Position numbers and translations under genes: made by a program. A stretch of 59,817 bases of DNA from a virus (taxonomy: Duplodnaviria; Caudoviricetes), in the IMG/VR virus record IMGVR_UViG_3300012663_000543, positions 1 through 59,817 of that record, one strand, 5' to 3'. Positions 20,504-30,037 of the stretch are shown here, piece by piece (the stretch's first letter is position 1; the number at the start of each line of letters is the position of its first letter). Below the pieces are notes generated by a model that was not told the origin of the DNA, searched no databases, and saw only the letters and a program-made list of their open reading frames with translations.

Positions 20504-21058
20504 GTGTCAGTAGGAACCACTCTATCCCACCTCCACAAGTCCACAGCGGAACTGTCTGCGGATATTCTGGAGGACATTGGTGAGATCATCTACAGTGTGC
20601 GTGACGGGGAATTCTCCGTGTGCGTGGTGGCATCAAGACTCAAAACACTGAAAAAGATTATTGGAAAAGTGCCGGATCTCGTTCAATCGGCGGTTACGAA
20701 AAGATATGCCGTTGACCTGCAAAGCATCGGAACTGACATCCTTCGTCTGTACACAGACGGATCCGATCCGGGAGTAGTTATCAATGGGTATTACTTCGAC
20801 CCATCCCTCAAGATGCTTCAGAAAAAAACCTACAAAAAGGTGAAGCCGGGGGAACTGGCGGTGGACAGGTACAACAGTGACGGCGTCCTTGTTTCCCCTG
20901 ACGAGCCAGAAAAGCAGGGAGACTTCTCCTGTTGGCTTGGGGACAAAGACTTTGCTGCCCGTGTTGAGCAGGAAGCAAGTGCCCACGGACATGCAGTGCG
21001 GTACACTTACAAACAGGAGAAGCCGCAGAGCTATCTTCGAGTGATGAGGATGCTATGA
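20504..21058 (+). CDS. Hypothetical protein
   Basis: GTG-start ORF following fibre tip gene. Confidence 0.55.
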   Translation: MSVGTTLSHLHKSTAELSADILEDIGEIIYSVRDGEFSVCVVASRLKTLKKIIGKVPDLVQSAVTKRYAVDLQSIGTDILRLYTDGSDPGVVINGYYFDPSLKMLQKKTYKKVKPGELAVDRYNSDGVLVSPDEPEKQGDFSCWLGDKDFAARVEQEASAHGHAVRYTYKQEKPQSYLRVMRML

Positions 21059-21297
21059 CCCCTGAGATGATCTGGAACTTGATTCTCACTGGTGGCCTTG
21101 GCCTTGTTGGCGCTGTTGTGCGTTATGCATTTGCTGAGATCCAACGCCTTCAAATCCTATTGAACCGCACCCGTGAAGAGCTTGCTAAGGAATATGTCAC
21201 CAAGGCAGAGGTTCATGCCGACATCAACCGTGTCATCACTCGCATCGACAACCTTGATGCTAAGATTGAGAGACTCCTAGACAAACTGGTGAAGTGA
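21055..21297 (+). CDS. Small membrane protein (TM plus coiled coil)
   Basis: N-terminal TM; LLNRTREELAKEYVTK. Confidence 0.7.
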   Translation: MTPEMIWNLILTGGLGLVGAVVRYAFAEIQRLQILLNRTREELAKEYVTKAEVHADINRVITRIDNLDAKIERLLDKLVK

Positions 21298-21890
21298 AAA
21301 TGAAGATAGACAGAGACAAAGTCATAGTCATTCTGATCCTTGTTTCTGGCTTTCTCCTAGCCGCTGCTATGGCGCATTCTCAATCAGTTCCAGATGTGCA
21401 ATGCCCAGAGGGCTATATTTGCACATGGTCTGGTTCAGACGGGTCAGTCACTACAAATGGCGAGATGACCACAACAGTGATCTCTCCACCGCCCACGGCT
21501 GTGTCGCCGCAATTTAGTGCTGGAAACGGCAACGATCTCTGCACTGTGGGTGTGTCAGGGGCCGTGCAGACCCAGATTTTGGGCCTAAGCGCGGGCAAGA
21601 CAGTCCGCGATATGAACTGTGAAAGGCTCAAGAACGCCAAGGCCTTGTACGATATGGGGATGAAGGTCGCCGCCGTCTCCACGATGTGCCAAGATGAGCG
21701 CGTCTTTCAGTCCATGCTCGATGCTGGCACACCCTGCCCATACGATGGTATGATAGGGGAAGAAGCCAAGGCTGCGTGGGAAGCTGACCCTGATCGCGCC
21801 GGAGGCACATCTAAGGGGCGCATCGATGAGAAAACAAAATTTGGCATTGGCGCTCTGCTTGGCGTCTTGGGCCTCCTTATCGCACTCTGA
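21294..21890 (+). CDS. Exported Cys-rich protein with C-terminal membrane anchor
   Basis: Signal-peptide-like N-terminus, six Cys, hydrophobic C-terminus FGIGALLGVLGLLIAL. Confidence 0.75.
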   Translation: MKMKIDRDKVIVILILVSGFLLAAAMAHSQSVPDVQCPEGYICTWSGSDGSVTTNGEMTTTVISPPPTAVSPQFSAGNGNDLCTVGVSGAVQTQILGLSAGKTVRDMNCERLKNAKALYDMGMKVAAVSTMCQDERVFQSMLDAGTPCPYDGMIGEEAKAAWEADPDRAGGTSKGRIDEKTKFGIGALLGVLGLLIAL

Positions 21891-22695
21891 ACCCTTTACT
21901 TACGGCGCAACAGATAACGCAGCTTCTGGCGGGCTTTCGTGGGACATGAGCAATGTCGTGCCCACGGTCCCCGGTCTTGATATCACTGGCGTCTTTTATA
22001 GGTACAGCATAGACAAGGACCCCGCTTCAAGCGCCTTGGTCCATGTGCAAAATGAAAACGCCCTAAGCAGCGGGTACATCTTTCGCGAGACGGACAACTG
22101 GTCGGGGCTTGCTGGGAACACCATCACAAAGGGCATCCCTGTGCAGAGTGTTCCGCTTAGGTACTGGGGCCTTGGGTCTATTGAAGTTGAAGGCGACGGA
22201 ACTATCTCGGACGCATCTGTTGTATACTCCTATCGTGTCAACCAATGCGCAGACCCGCAGTCAAATCCGTCCTGCGATGGCTATGAACCCCTAGTTCCGT
22301 CTATAACCTTCGAAGAGACGGAAACATACGACGCCTTGGAAGATGACGCCTATAGGATTGCCAGCCAGAAAACTGATCAAGAGTATCAAGAGGATACAGG
22401 ATCGACCGAAGAGCAGAGCGACGACAAGGAGCGGAAGGCAAGGCTTGAGCGCGGGTTGGCCGCATCAAAAAACGCCCTAGCGCTAGCCAACGGCATTTCT
22501 CAGGATGCTATTATCTCCTCAATGGGGTATACTTCTGACATGTCCGTTTACTATGCTGCGCAAATAGACGGGGGAGCCTATGCGGACGTGCCAATGCTGG
22601 TTGACGGGAAGCTTCCTGAGAACAGGCGTGGGTTGAGGAACGGCCTAGCGCAGCAGGTGCTGCACGAAAAGATGATAGACCTGCAATACCAGTAG
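21826..22695 (+). CDS. Exported protein
   Basis: Signal peptide (SHS/EP); beta-rich N-half, CADPQSNPSC motif, acidic linker. Confidence 0.75.
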   Translation: MRKQNLALALCLASWASLSHSEPFTYGATDNAASGGLSWDMSNVVPTVPGLDITGVFYRYSIDKDPASSALVHVQNENALSSGYIFRETDNWSGLAGNTITKGIPVQSVPLRYWGLGSIEVEGDGTISDASVVYSYRVNQCADPQSNPSCDGYEPLVPSITFEETETYDALEDDAYRIASQKTDQEYQEDTGSTEEQSDDKERKARLERGLAASKNALALANGISQDAIISSMGYTSDMSVYYAAQIDGGAYADVPMLVDGKLPENRRGLRNGLAQQVLHEKMIDLQYQ

Positions 22696-22706
22696 AGGGT
22701 GTTCAA

Positions 22707-23201
22707 ATGAAATATCTCGTAGTTGCTGCCCTGATCGCACTGCCCCACATGGCACTGGCAGAAGGTGTCCAGATCGAAGGCACTGTTCAGGCTAAGTGCG
22801 TCATCCGCACAGATCGCACTGGCGTCTATGGCAACCCAACAGCCAGTAAGCTTAGTGCGCTCCCCGCCGATGGTGGGGTGACCCCAATTGTCCGGTATGA
22901 CGTTGCCCTTGCTGGTTACTATGTCGCCCGCATCACGCACCCAACTTCGTTTTCTACAAGCCCCACCCTGACAGACACTGTCACGTGGACGGGCGGGGCA
23001 TCCGTGTCGAGCGTTTCTGCGGCGGGGATGTCTGCCTATGACGCAGCAAAAGTTGAGTATGATGCCACCACGGAGTTCGATCTGAGCGTCTCTGGCACAA
23101 CGTGGTTCAAGGTCGATAGCACTGCTGAGTATGGCTATGACAAGGCTTTCCCTGCAGGGACGTACCGCTCCGTAATCCAAGCGGACTGCATTGCAAAATG
23201 A
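22707..23201 (+). CDS. Exported pilin/fimbrial-subunit-like protein
   Basis: Signal peptide ALA/E; IEGTVQAKC N-terminal strand; PAGTYRSVIQADC C-terminal strand. Confidence 0.55.
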   Translation: MKYLVVAALIALPHMALAEGVQIEGTVQAKCVIRTDRTGVYGNPTASKLSALPADGGVTPIVRYDVALAGYYVARITHPTSFSTSPTLTDTVTWTGGASVSSVSAAGMSAYDAAKVEYDATTEFDLSVSGTTWFKVDSTAEYGYDKAFPAGTYRSVIQADCIAK

Positions 23202-23578
23202 AGTTGGCTATAACACTGACCCTGCTTGGAACGGCTGCTGGGGCGCATGAGATGACGCCAGCGTACCCAGAACTGCATCCATCTTCTGTGCCGCAGATCA
23301 TGCAAGCCGACCTATCCATCTTCAACGCCCGCGATGATGTCGAGTACTACTCCGTCAGCGTCTTGGATGGGAAAATGAACCCCGTTGCCTTTGCTTCGAC
23401 GCAGCGCGTCATGCATGTTTTGCCGGGAAGCAGGAAAGACTTTGAGATCTATGTAAGGGAAGCAGACGTAGAACGTGTTGTCTACGTCTGCACAACCTCG
23501 ATGCTTCGTGCGGGGCAAGAGGATAACGCCATCATTTCGTCGCGCATCTGTTCGAGGTTGGACGGGGAAAAAGCATGA
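23198..23578 (+). CDS. Exported Ig-fold protein, possibly pilus-chaperone-like
   Basis: Signal peptide AGA/H; MTP start, LSIFN, VLPGSRKDFEIYV; two C-terminal Cys. Confidence 0.5.
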   Translation: MKLAITLTLLGTAAGAHEMTPAYPELHPSSVPQIMQADLSIFNARDDVEYYSVSVLDGKMNPVAFASTQRVMHVLPGSRKDFEIYVREADVERVVYVCTTSMLRAGQEDNAIISSRICSRLDGEKA

Positions 23579-23979
23579 AGCGGCTGGCTACCATCTTGGT
23601 TCTGGTGGGCGGAACAGCGCAAGCCGACAGCACATCTTTGGCGCTGCAGCTTCCAACTGCGCCAATGACATACCAGAGCGACAGCTTCAGGGCTGGTGAA
23701 CTTGACTGCAGCATGGCGATAGGGGGCAGTACCAACCTTGAGCTTGGAGTTCTTGGCGGTATCAACAACGTAGGCGGAACCGACCTTCTGCCACAGACAA
23801 AGGATATCGGTCTGTTTGCACGGATTGTGATCCCGCTCAACGCACCAAAGTCTAGGATCGACTGCACCCAGCTATACCTTTTGGAACTGCAGCAACGCAG
23901 GTTGGAAATAGAGCAGCTAAACGCGGAACTTGAAGCCATGAAGCGGCTTCAAGACGAACAGTTGAACTTTGAGCCATGA
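23575..23979 (+). CDS. Exported protein with C-terminal coiled coil
   Basis: Signal peptide AQA/D; two Cys; ARIVIPL; heptad-repeat tail. Confidence 0.7.
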   Translation: MKRLATILVLVGGTAQADSTSLALQLPTAPMTYQSDSFRAGELDCSMAIGGSTNLELGVLGGINNVGGTDLLPQTKDIGLFARIVIPLNAPKSRIDCTQLYLLELQQRRLEIEQLNAELEAMKRLQDEQLNFEP

Positions 23980-24476
23980 CAGAAAGCCGGGACCTTGGGG
24001 AAGTGCTTGAAGAGGTTGAGGGCCTAAAGGACAAGGCCTTCACGATCTTTGGCCTTCGGATGACGCCAGCGACCATCGCTGCCACTGTCGCGTTTTTGTC
24101 CACTATCTGCGGTACGTTATACGGCGGGTTCGTCATGTACCAAAAGGTCGAAGAGGTCGCATCCATGGACCTTGGGGCCTACCAACAGCAGATGGAGGTC
24201 ATGGACGCCAAGGTCCAAGAAGCGCTGGACTACGCCCGTGATATCAAGAATGGCCTCAAGGACGACATCATGAGGCTTGAAAAACAGGTGGATAGAGCAG
24301 AAGATGCGGTTCGAAATAACGAAGAAAAAGTCAGGACCTTGATCGATGATGCTGAAAAGCGCTTCGAGACAAGACGGGACCAACTTCGCATGTCGCAAGA
24401 TCAGGACATGAAGGAACTAGAAGACCGGATAAATGGCCGACTGCAGCGGGCGCTTGATAACCCGCTTGCCCAATAG
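23976..24476 (+). CDS. Membrane-anchored coiled-coil protein
   Basis: One TM, long coiled coil, ALDNPLA C-terminus. Confidence 0.7.
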   Translation: MTESRDLGEVLEEVEGLKDKAFTIFGLRMTPATIAATVAFLSTICGTLYGGFVMYQKVEEVASMDLGAYQQQMEVMDAKVQEALDYARDIKNGLKDDIMRLEKQVDRAEDAVRNNEEKVRTLIDDAEKRFETRRDQLRMSQDQDMKELEDRINGRLQRALDNPLAQ

Positions 24477-24487
24477 AGGACGATGGT

Positions 24488-24676
24488 ATGAAAGAGAAAC
24501 TGCTCTGGCTGGTCCTCCTCGCCGCTCTGGCTGCGGTCTTCTATATATCGGGCGATGGACGCTATCGCTATCCGTGCCAAGACCCAGCCAACTGGGCTAA
24601 CCCAGAATGCCAGCCGCCAATCTGTACGGCAACAAAGCAATGCCCCGAAGACCTGCTAGGAGGACCAAATGGGTAA
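24488..24676 (+). CDS. Small Cys-rich membrane/exported peptide
   Basis: Hydrophobic N-terminus; YRYPCQDPANW..PECQPPICTATKQCP. Confidence 0.7.
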   Translation: MKEKLLWLVLLAALAAVFYISGDGRYRYPCQDPANWANPECQPPICTATKQCPEDLLGGPNG

Positions 24677-24935
24677 GAATGATCCTGACGTACTGGAAGG
24701 CCGTCTGCGGTACTTTGTCGGCGTTGTGCTGACCTGTGTGCTAGCTGCGACAATCCTTGTCGTGCTGTACTCGTTGGTCTTTGTGACCCAGCCAATGGGG
24801 GACAGCAGCGAGAACGACAAGCAGTTCTTTGCTCTGCTGACAAGCATCAGCACCTTTATCCTTGGCGCTCTTGGCGGCGTCATGGCTGCAGGAAACAATC
24901 GTAACAAGTCTCAAAATGAGAAGGATCCAGAATGA
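24669..24935 (+). CDS. Two-TM protein, holin candidate
   Basis: Two TM helices, charged C-terminus, upstream of endolysin. Confidence 0.55.
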   Translation: MGKNDPDVLEGRLRYFVGVVLTCVLAATILVVLYSLVFVTQPMGDSSENDKQFFALLTSISTFILGALGGVMAAGNNRNKSQNEKDPE

Positions 24936-25156
24936 TTGGTCGTTTGGTAGGCGCTCTGATTGGGCGCAAGGTCAAGGAAAAGATCGCTGACGCAGTGCTG
25001 GACAAGGTCGACCTGCCGCCCGCAGTTGAAGGCCTGATCAAGACCGCTGTAACGGGTAACGCAGGGGATCTGCTTTCCAACCTCGCTGGCACGGCAGGGG
25101 CGGATAAGGACTCTGTCCTTGGTGCTGTCGTCAAGAAGGCAGGGAAGAAGACATGA
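24932..25156 (+). CDS. Small lysis-module protein
   Basis: Coupled ORF with amphipathic N-terminus. Confidence 0.6.
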   Translation: MIGRLVGALIGRKVKEKIADAVLDKVDLPPAVEGLIKTAVTGNAGDLLSNLAGTAGADKDSVLGAVVKKAGKKT

Positions 25157-25989
25157 CACTGACCAAAGAGAAGATCATCCACATCCTACACGGCAACGCT
25201 GACGCCGCTGCGTGGGCCGACGCCGCGCTGGAAATCCTGCCGAAGTACGAGATCAACACACCAAACCGCATTGCTGGCTTCTTTGCTCAGTGCGGTCATG
25301 AGTCGATGAACTTCACGGCCTTGTCGGAGAACCTGAACTACCGCGCTGAAACCTTGGAGAAGTTGTTCTCCAAGTATTTCTCGAAGGCGGGGCGCAACGC
25401 TGCCGATTATGCCAAGCAACCGGAGAAGATTGCCAACGTGATCTATGCTAACCGCATGGGCAATGGTGACACTGCGTCTGGGGAGGGCTATCTGTTCCGT
25501 GGACGTGGCGTCATCCAATTGACGGGCAAGGACAATTACAGTGCCTTTGCGTTGTCTATCAAGATGACGCTGCCGGATGTCATTGACTACGTTCAGACCA
25601 AGAAGGGCGCACTTGAGTCCGCTTGCTGGTACTGGAACAGCCGTAAACTCAACAGTGCCTGTGACGAAAACGACATCGTCAAGATGACCAAGCTGGTCAA
25701 TGGTGGGACAATCGGCCTTGAAGATCGCCGCAAGCATTACGAGCAAGCACTCGCTGTCCTCGGTGGCGCTGTCCCTGCGCCTATTACCAACGCCGCAGCC
25801 ATTCCCGGTGTCCTGAAAAAAGGTTCTACGGGCGAAGCGGTCAAGCGGATGCAAGCTGAGTTAGGCCTTGAGGACGATGGTGTGTTTGGTCCGGGGACCG
25901 AGGCCGCAGTCAAGAAGTGGCAAGCAGCCAATGGTCTTGCCGTTGATGGCATCGTTGGACCAAAGACATTGGCGAAGCTACTCAACTGA
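25153..25989 (+). CDS. Endolysin (GH19 chitinase-like plus C-terminal peptidoglycan-binding domain)
   Basis: AQCGHES, FRGRGVIQLTGKDNY, VNGG; LKKGSTGEAVKRMQ...DGIVGPKT. Confidence 0.92.
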   Translation: MTLTKEKIIHILHGNADAAAWADAALEILPKYEINTPNRIAGFFAQCGHESMNFTALSENLNYRAETLEKLFSKYFSKAGRNAADYAKQPEKIANVIYANRMGNGDTASGEGYLFRGRGVIQLTGKDNYSAFALSIKMTLPDVIDYVQTKKGALESACWYWNSRKLNSACDENDIVKMTKLVNGGTIGLEDRRKHYEQALAVLGGAVPAPITNAAAIPGVLKKGSTGEAVKRMQAELGLEDDGVFGPGTEAAVKKWQAANGLAVDGIVGPKTLAKLLN

Positions 25990-26018
25990 TGTAGTATCTC
26001 CGGAAGTAGGAGACAGTC

Positions 26019-27878
26019 ATGGCGCTTATCAAACTCCAGTTCCGCCCCGGGATCAACCGGGAAACTACCGCGTATGCCAATGAGGGCGGCTGGTACGATT
26101 GTAACCTAGTCCGGTTTCGCTTTGGAAAGCCCGAAACAATAGGAGGGTGGACACCGTACTCTGCCCTCTCGTTCCTCGGAACGACGCGCTCCATCATGCC
26201 TTGGACGGCCCTAGACGGGACCACGTACATGGGCATGGGGACAAACCTCAAATACTACGTTGTTCGAGGTAACACGTTCTACGACATCACCCCGCTACGG
26301 CTTCCTAACGCAACGCTCACGAACCCCTTCCAAACCCAAGCCGCTGGGTCCGGAGTCCTGATTGTTACGGATGTTGCCCATGGCTGTTACGCCGGAGACT
26401 TTGTTACGTTCTCTGGGGCAACTGCCGTAAGCGGTATTACGACAGGGCAAATAAACAAAGAGCATCAGGTTCTCGCAATCCTGACCACGGATACTTATAC
26501 GGTAAACACGGGCGGTTCTGCTGCAGCCGGAGGTGTAACTGGTGGTGGCACAGTCACGGCGTCTTACCAAATCAACACGGGTCTGGATACGTCTGTGTAC
26601 GGCACGGGCTGGGGAGCAGGTGTTTGGGGTGGATCTGGATGGGGATCGCCTTCGACAACCACTATCCCCGGCACACAGTTGCGCGTCTGGAGCCAAGACA
26701 ACTTCGGCGAAGACCTGTTGATGGCTGTGCATGACGGCGGTCTGTACTATTGGGACACCTCGGCAGGGCTTTCTACCCGTGCGGTGACGCTAGCCTCCTT
26801 GGCTGGGGCAAACAGTACACCGACTGTTGTCAAACAGGTCATCGTGTCTGAACGCGATAGGCACACAATCGTCTTTGGTTGCGACCCAGAGTCCACTCCG
26901 GGAGTCCAAGACCCGCTGGTCATACGGTTCTCGAGCCAAGAAAGCCTGACCGATTGGGAGACCCGCGCAGACAACACCGCAGGGGAATTGCGCCTTGGTT
27001 CGGGGTCCGAGATCATTGGCGCTGTGCAAACCAAACAGCAAGTCGTGGTCTTCACCGACGTGTCTATCCACGCGATGCAGTACATCGGCCCGCCCTACAC
27101 CTTTGGCGTTCAAGAGATTTCTTCTGGCGTCTCGATCATGGGGCCTAATGCCATGGTGGCGGTGGGCGACGTGGTCTTCTGGATGGGCAAGGGCGAGTTC
27201 TACGTCTACAGCGGTAGCGTTGCTCAGATCCCCTGCAACGTAAAAGAGTACATCTTCGGCACTCTGAACATCAATCAAGCCTTGAAGATCAACGCTGGAC
27301 ACAACAGCTCTTACTCGGAGGTGTGGTGGTTCTACCCGTCGACAGGTAGCGCTGAGAACGACAGCTATGTGGTCTATAACTACGACCAGCAGATCTGGTA
27401 CTACGGCTCAATGCCTCGAACTGCTTGGGTTGACCGAGGTGTGTTGGGGTACCCCCTAGCAGCGAGCGCGGATAGTTATTTGTATTATCAAGAGTCTGGC
27501 TTCAACGACGGATCGAACAACCCACCAACGGCTCTGAGTCCGTACATCGAGTCGAGCGTCATAGACATTGGCGAGGGCGACCAGTTTATGTTTGCCACTC
27601 GGGTCATTCCCGACCTGACGTTCAGGAACTCCACGGCGGCAAATCCGTCAGCCACCTTCACGATCAAGGCCCGCAACTTCCCCGGAGACAATTTCATCTC
27701 CTCGGATGCAAATGCAGTGACAAAGACGGCCAGCGTTCCTGTTGAGCAATTTACGGATCAGGTCTTCATCCGTATGCGCGGGCGGTCCATGTCCATTCGG
27801 GTTGAGTCCAACCAAACAAATACGTCGTGGCGTCTGGGCGATCCAAGGCTCGATGTCCGAACTGACGGGAGACGCTGA
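26019..27878 (+). CDS. Tail nozzle/DNA stabilization protein (P22 gp10-like)
   Basis: 619-aa beta-propeller-like protein; GINRETT, VWWFYPS, YVVYNY, DGRR C-terminus. Confidence 0.75.
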   Translation: MALIKLQFRPGINRETTAYANEGGWYDCNLVRFRFGKPETIGGWTPYSALSFLGTTRSIMPWTALDGTTYMGMGTNLKYYVVRGNTFYDITPLRLPNATLTNPFQTQAAGSGVLIVTDVAHGCYAGDFVTFSGATAVSGITTGQINKEHQVLAILTTDTYTVNTGGSAAAGGVTGGGTVTASYQINTGLDTSVYGTGWGAGVWGGSGWGSPSTTTIPGTQLRVWSQDNFGEDLLMAVHDGGLYYWDTSAGLSTRAVTLASLAGANSTPTVVKQVIVSERDRHTIVFGCDPESTPGVQDPLVIRFSSQESLTDWETRADNTAGELRLGSGSEIIGAVQTKQQVVVFTDVSIHAMQYIGPPYTFGVQEISSGVSIMGPNAMVAVGDVVFWMGKGEFYVYSGSVAQIPCNVKEYIFGTLNINQALKINAGHNSSYSEVWWFYPSTGSAENDSYVVYNYDQQIWYYGSMPRTAWVDRGVLGYPLAASADSYLYYQESGFNDGSNNPPTALSPYIESSVIDIGEGDQFMFATRVIPDLTFRNSTAANPSATFTIKARNFPGDNFISSDANAVTKTASVPVEQFTDQVFIRMRGRSMSIRVESNQTNTSWRLGDPRLDVRTDGRR

Positions 27879-28129
27879 TGGGAACTAACAGCCCAGTACC
27901 ATACTTTCCGACGCCCCCAAATGCGTACAGCCAAGACTACCTGAACCAAGTTGTTCGGGCTTTCTCGACGTTCATCCAACAGACGAACAACCCCGGAGAG
28001 GCCGTATTCTCAACTCTTCGGATGCTGCGTCTGCAAACCTACGCCAACAACGCCGCTGCCCTTGCGGGCGGTCTGGCTGTGAACGACATCTATAAGACCT
28101 CCACCGGGGAAATAAGGATCGTGGTCTAA
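27878..28129 (+). CDS. Small tail (needle/plug-like) protein
   Basis: Directly follows nozzle gene; YANNAAALAGGL. Confidence 0.55.
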   Translation: MGTNSPVPYFPTPPNAYSQDYLNQVVRAFSTFIQQTNNPGEAVFSTLRMLRLQTYANNAAALAGGLAVNDIYKTSTGEIRIVV

Positions 28130-28192
28130 TGATCCCTTGTTCCATTGACGTGGTTTTGTTAAGATGCCCCCAGAAAACACGGTGGTGACCAC

Positions 28193-28960
28193 ATGAGCCT
28201 TTTCTCAACCCTCGGAAGCATTGTAGGTTTTGTGGCTGGGGGCCCCGGCGGGGCGGCTCTTGGGTCTGGCCTTGGGACCCTTCTTGGTGGCGGCACTGTA
28301 AAAGAAGCCGTGTCAAGCGGCATCGGAACTTTGATGACGGGCGGACTTGGTGGTCGGGCGGGGATTATCGGTGACGTACTGGGCGGTGGGCAAACGTCCA
28401 TGGCCGCTGGCAACGCCGTATCCAATATGTTCTCTGGCGGTGGTGGTGGTCAGGGCGGGCAAGGATTTAACCCCTTGGCGTCTCTGATGGGTGGCGCTGG
28501 CGGTCAGGGGCAAAGCCCGACTGCAGTGCAGGGTCAAGGCGGTATGCCGGGGCAAGGAAATCAAGGCGGTCTTGGGGGCTTGCTCAAGGCATTTGACAAC
28601 CCGCTCATGATGTCGATCCTCCTAAAGGCTACGGAGCCCAAGGAAGTGAAGCTGACGTCTCCTGAAGAGCAGCGTCGTCTGGACACAGGGGAGCGTAACC
28701 CTGATTACGCCGGAACTCCGGCCTTTGACTACCGCTACGGCTATGCCCGTGGTGGCGAGATCCAAGGTCCGGGGACCGGGACCAGCGATTCGGTACGCGC
28801 CCGTATCTTCCAAAACGGTCAGCCTGTACGTGAAGCCCGTCTTTCGGATGGTGAGTTTGTGATGACCAACCGCGCCGTGCGCGGGGCAGGAAATGGCGAC
28901 CGCAGCAAGGGTGCTGCAGAGATGTATCGTATGATGCATCAGTTCGAGCGGAGAGCATAA
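28193..28960 (+). CDS. Ejection/DNA-transfer protein
   Basis: Gly-zipper N-terminus; YARGGEIQGPGTGTSDS...LSDGEFV. Confidence 0.7.
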   Translation: MSLFSTLGSIVGFVAGGPGGAALGSGLGTLLGGGTVKEAVSSGIGTLMTGGLGGRAGIIGDVLGGGQTSMAAGNAVSNMFSGGGGGQGGQGFNPLASLMGGAGGQGQSPTAVQGQGGMPGQGNQGGLGGLLKAFDNPLMMSILLKATEPKEVKLTSPEEQRRLDTGERNPDYAGTPAFDYRYGYARGGEIQGPGTGTSDSVRARIFQNGQPVREARLSDGEFVMTNRAVRGAGNGDRSKGAAEMYRMMHQFERRA

Positions 28961-30036
28961 TGGCCGATCAAACAGTTCGCCAAGAGTCCGTATCTCTTCT
29001 TCCCGACTATCAGGAAAACTACCTAAAGGACCTCCTGTCCAACATATATCGGGTCGACCCAAAAACTGGTAAGCCAGCGGGCATTGCCGCCGTATCGCCA
29101 CTGTATGGTCAGCCTGTCCTCGATGCGAGCGGGAAGCCTGTCTATGAGACGGATGCCCAAGGCAATCCGCGCCTAGACGTCCGTGGTCAGCCCATTCCGA
29201 AAGTCACTGGCGGCGTTCCAAAAGCCGACATCATGCCTTTCACGGAGGCCCAGAACAAGGCCATCCAGATGGGCATTCAAGGCATTGGTGCATATGCTCC
29301 TATGCTCGAGACGGGGAAAAACACAATAGCTCAAGGGGTTGCCACGCTTGGCGGCACGTCGGGGGCTTATGACCCGAACTCCTACAAGTCTTTCTACGAC
29401 CCCTTCGTCGAGGACGTGATCAACACCACTCAGGCCGACATCGCACGTCAGGGTGAGATCAATCGCAACCAGATCAATGCCAATGCCGTAGGGGCCGGGG
29501 CCTTTGGTGGTTCGCGCCAAGCCGTTGCCGAGCAAGAGAATGCTCGTAACGTCGGCTCTGAGATGGCCCGCACTGGGGCACAGTTGCGCTCCGCCGCCTA
29601 CACGGGTGCACAGCAGCAAGCCCAGAACGTCTTCGAGAACCAGATGAACCGTGGTCAGTCCGCAGCCCAACTGTTCCAAGGCCTTGGCACGGCGCAAGCC
29701 GCTCTTGGCGAGTCGGCACAGGCGGCGGCTGGTCGCGACGTCAACGCCCTGTTCAACTTGGGCTCCTTGGAGCAAGGCCAGCAACAGTCCGAGTACGACG
29801 TGCAGCGGGCCAACGCCATCGAGTCGGCATACGAACCCTTCCAGCGGTTCTCCTACATGTCCGATATCCTGCGCGGCGTTCCATCCACACAGCAAACTCT
29901 GGGCATCTCGAGCGTCCCGACGCCCAGCCCTGTGTCCTCGATCCTTGGTACTGCTCAAGGCCTTGGCGCGTATCAAAGCCAGTATGGAAATGGTCAGGGG
30001 ATGCTTGGCTCTCTCTTGAATCCCAGTGGGAGGTAA
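28960..30036 (+). CDS. Ejection/DNA-transfer protein
   Basis: Gln/Ala-rich; FYDPFVEDVI, AGAFGGSRQAV. Confidence 0.7.
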   Translation: MADQTVRQESVSLLPDYQENYLKDLLSNIYRVDPKTGKPAGIAAVSPLYGQPVLDASGKPVYETDAQGNPRLDVRGQPIPKVTGGVPKADIMPFTEAQNKAIQMGIQGIGAYAPMLETGKNTIAQGVATLGGTSGAYDPNSYKSFYDPFVEDVINTTQADIARQGEINRNQINANAVGAGAFGGSRQAVAEQENARNVGSEMARTGAQLRSAAYTGAQQQAQNVFENQMNRGQSAAQLFQGLGTAQAALGESAQAAAGRDVNALFNLGSLEQGQQQSEYDVQRANAIESAYEPFQRFSYMSDILRGVPSTQQTLGISSVPTPSPVSSILGTAQGLGAYQSQYGNGQGMLGSLLNPSGR

Positions 30037-30037
30037 T

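Noticed and set aside
12586-21058. Diversity-generating retroelement or invertible tail-fibre switch
   Set aside because: No reverse transcriptase or invertase; no near-identical template/variable repeat pair; all fibre genes are co-oriented
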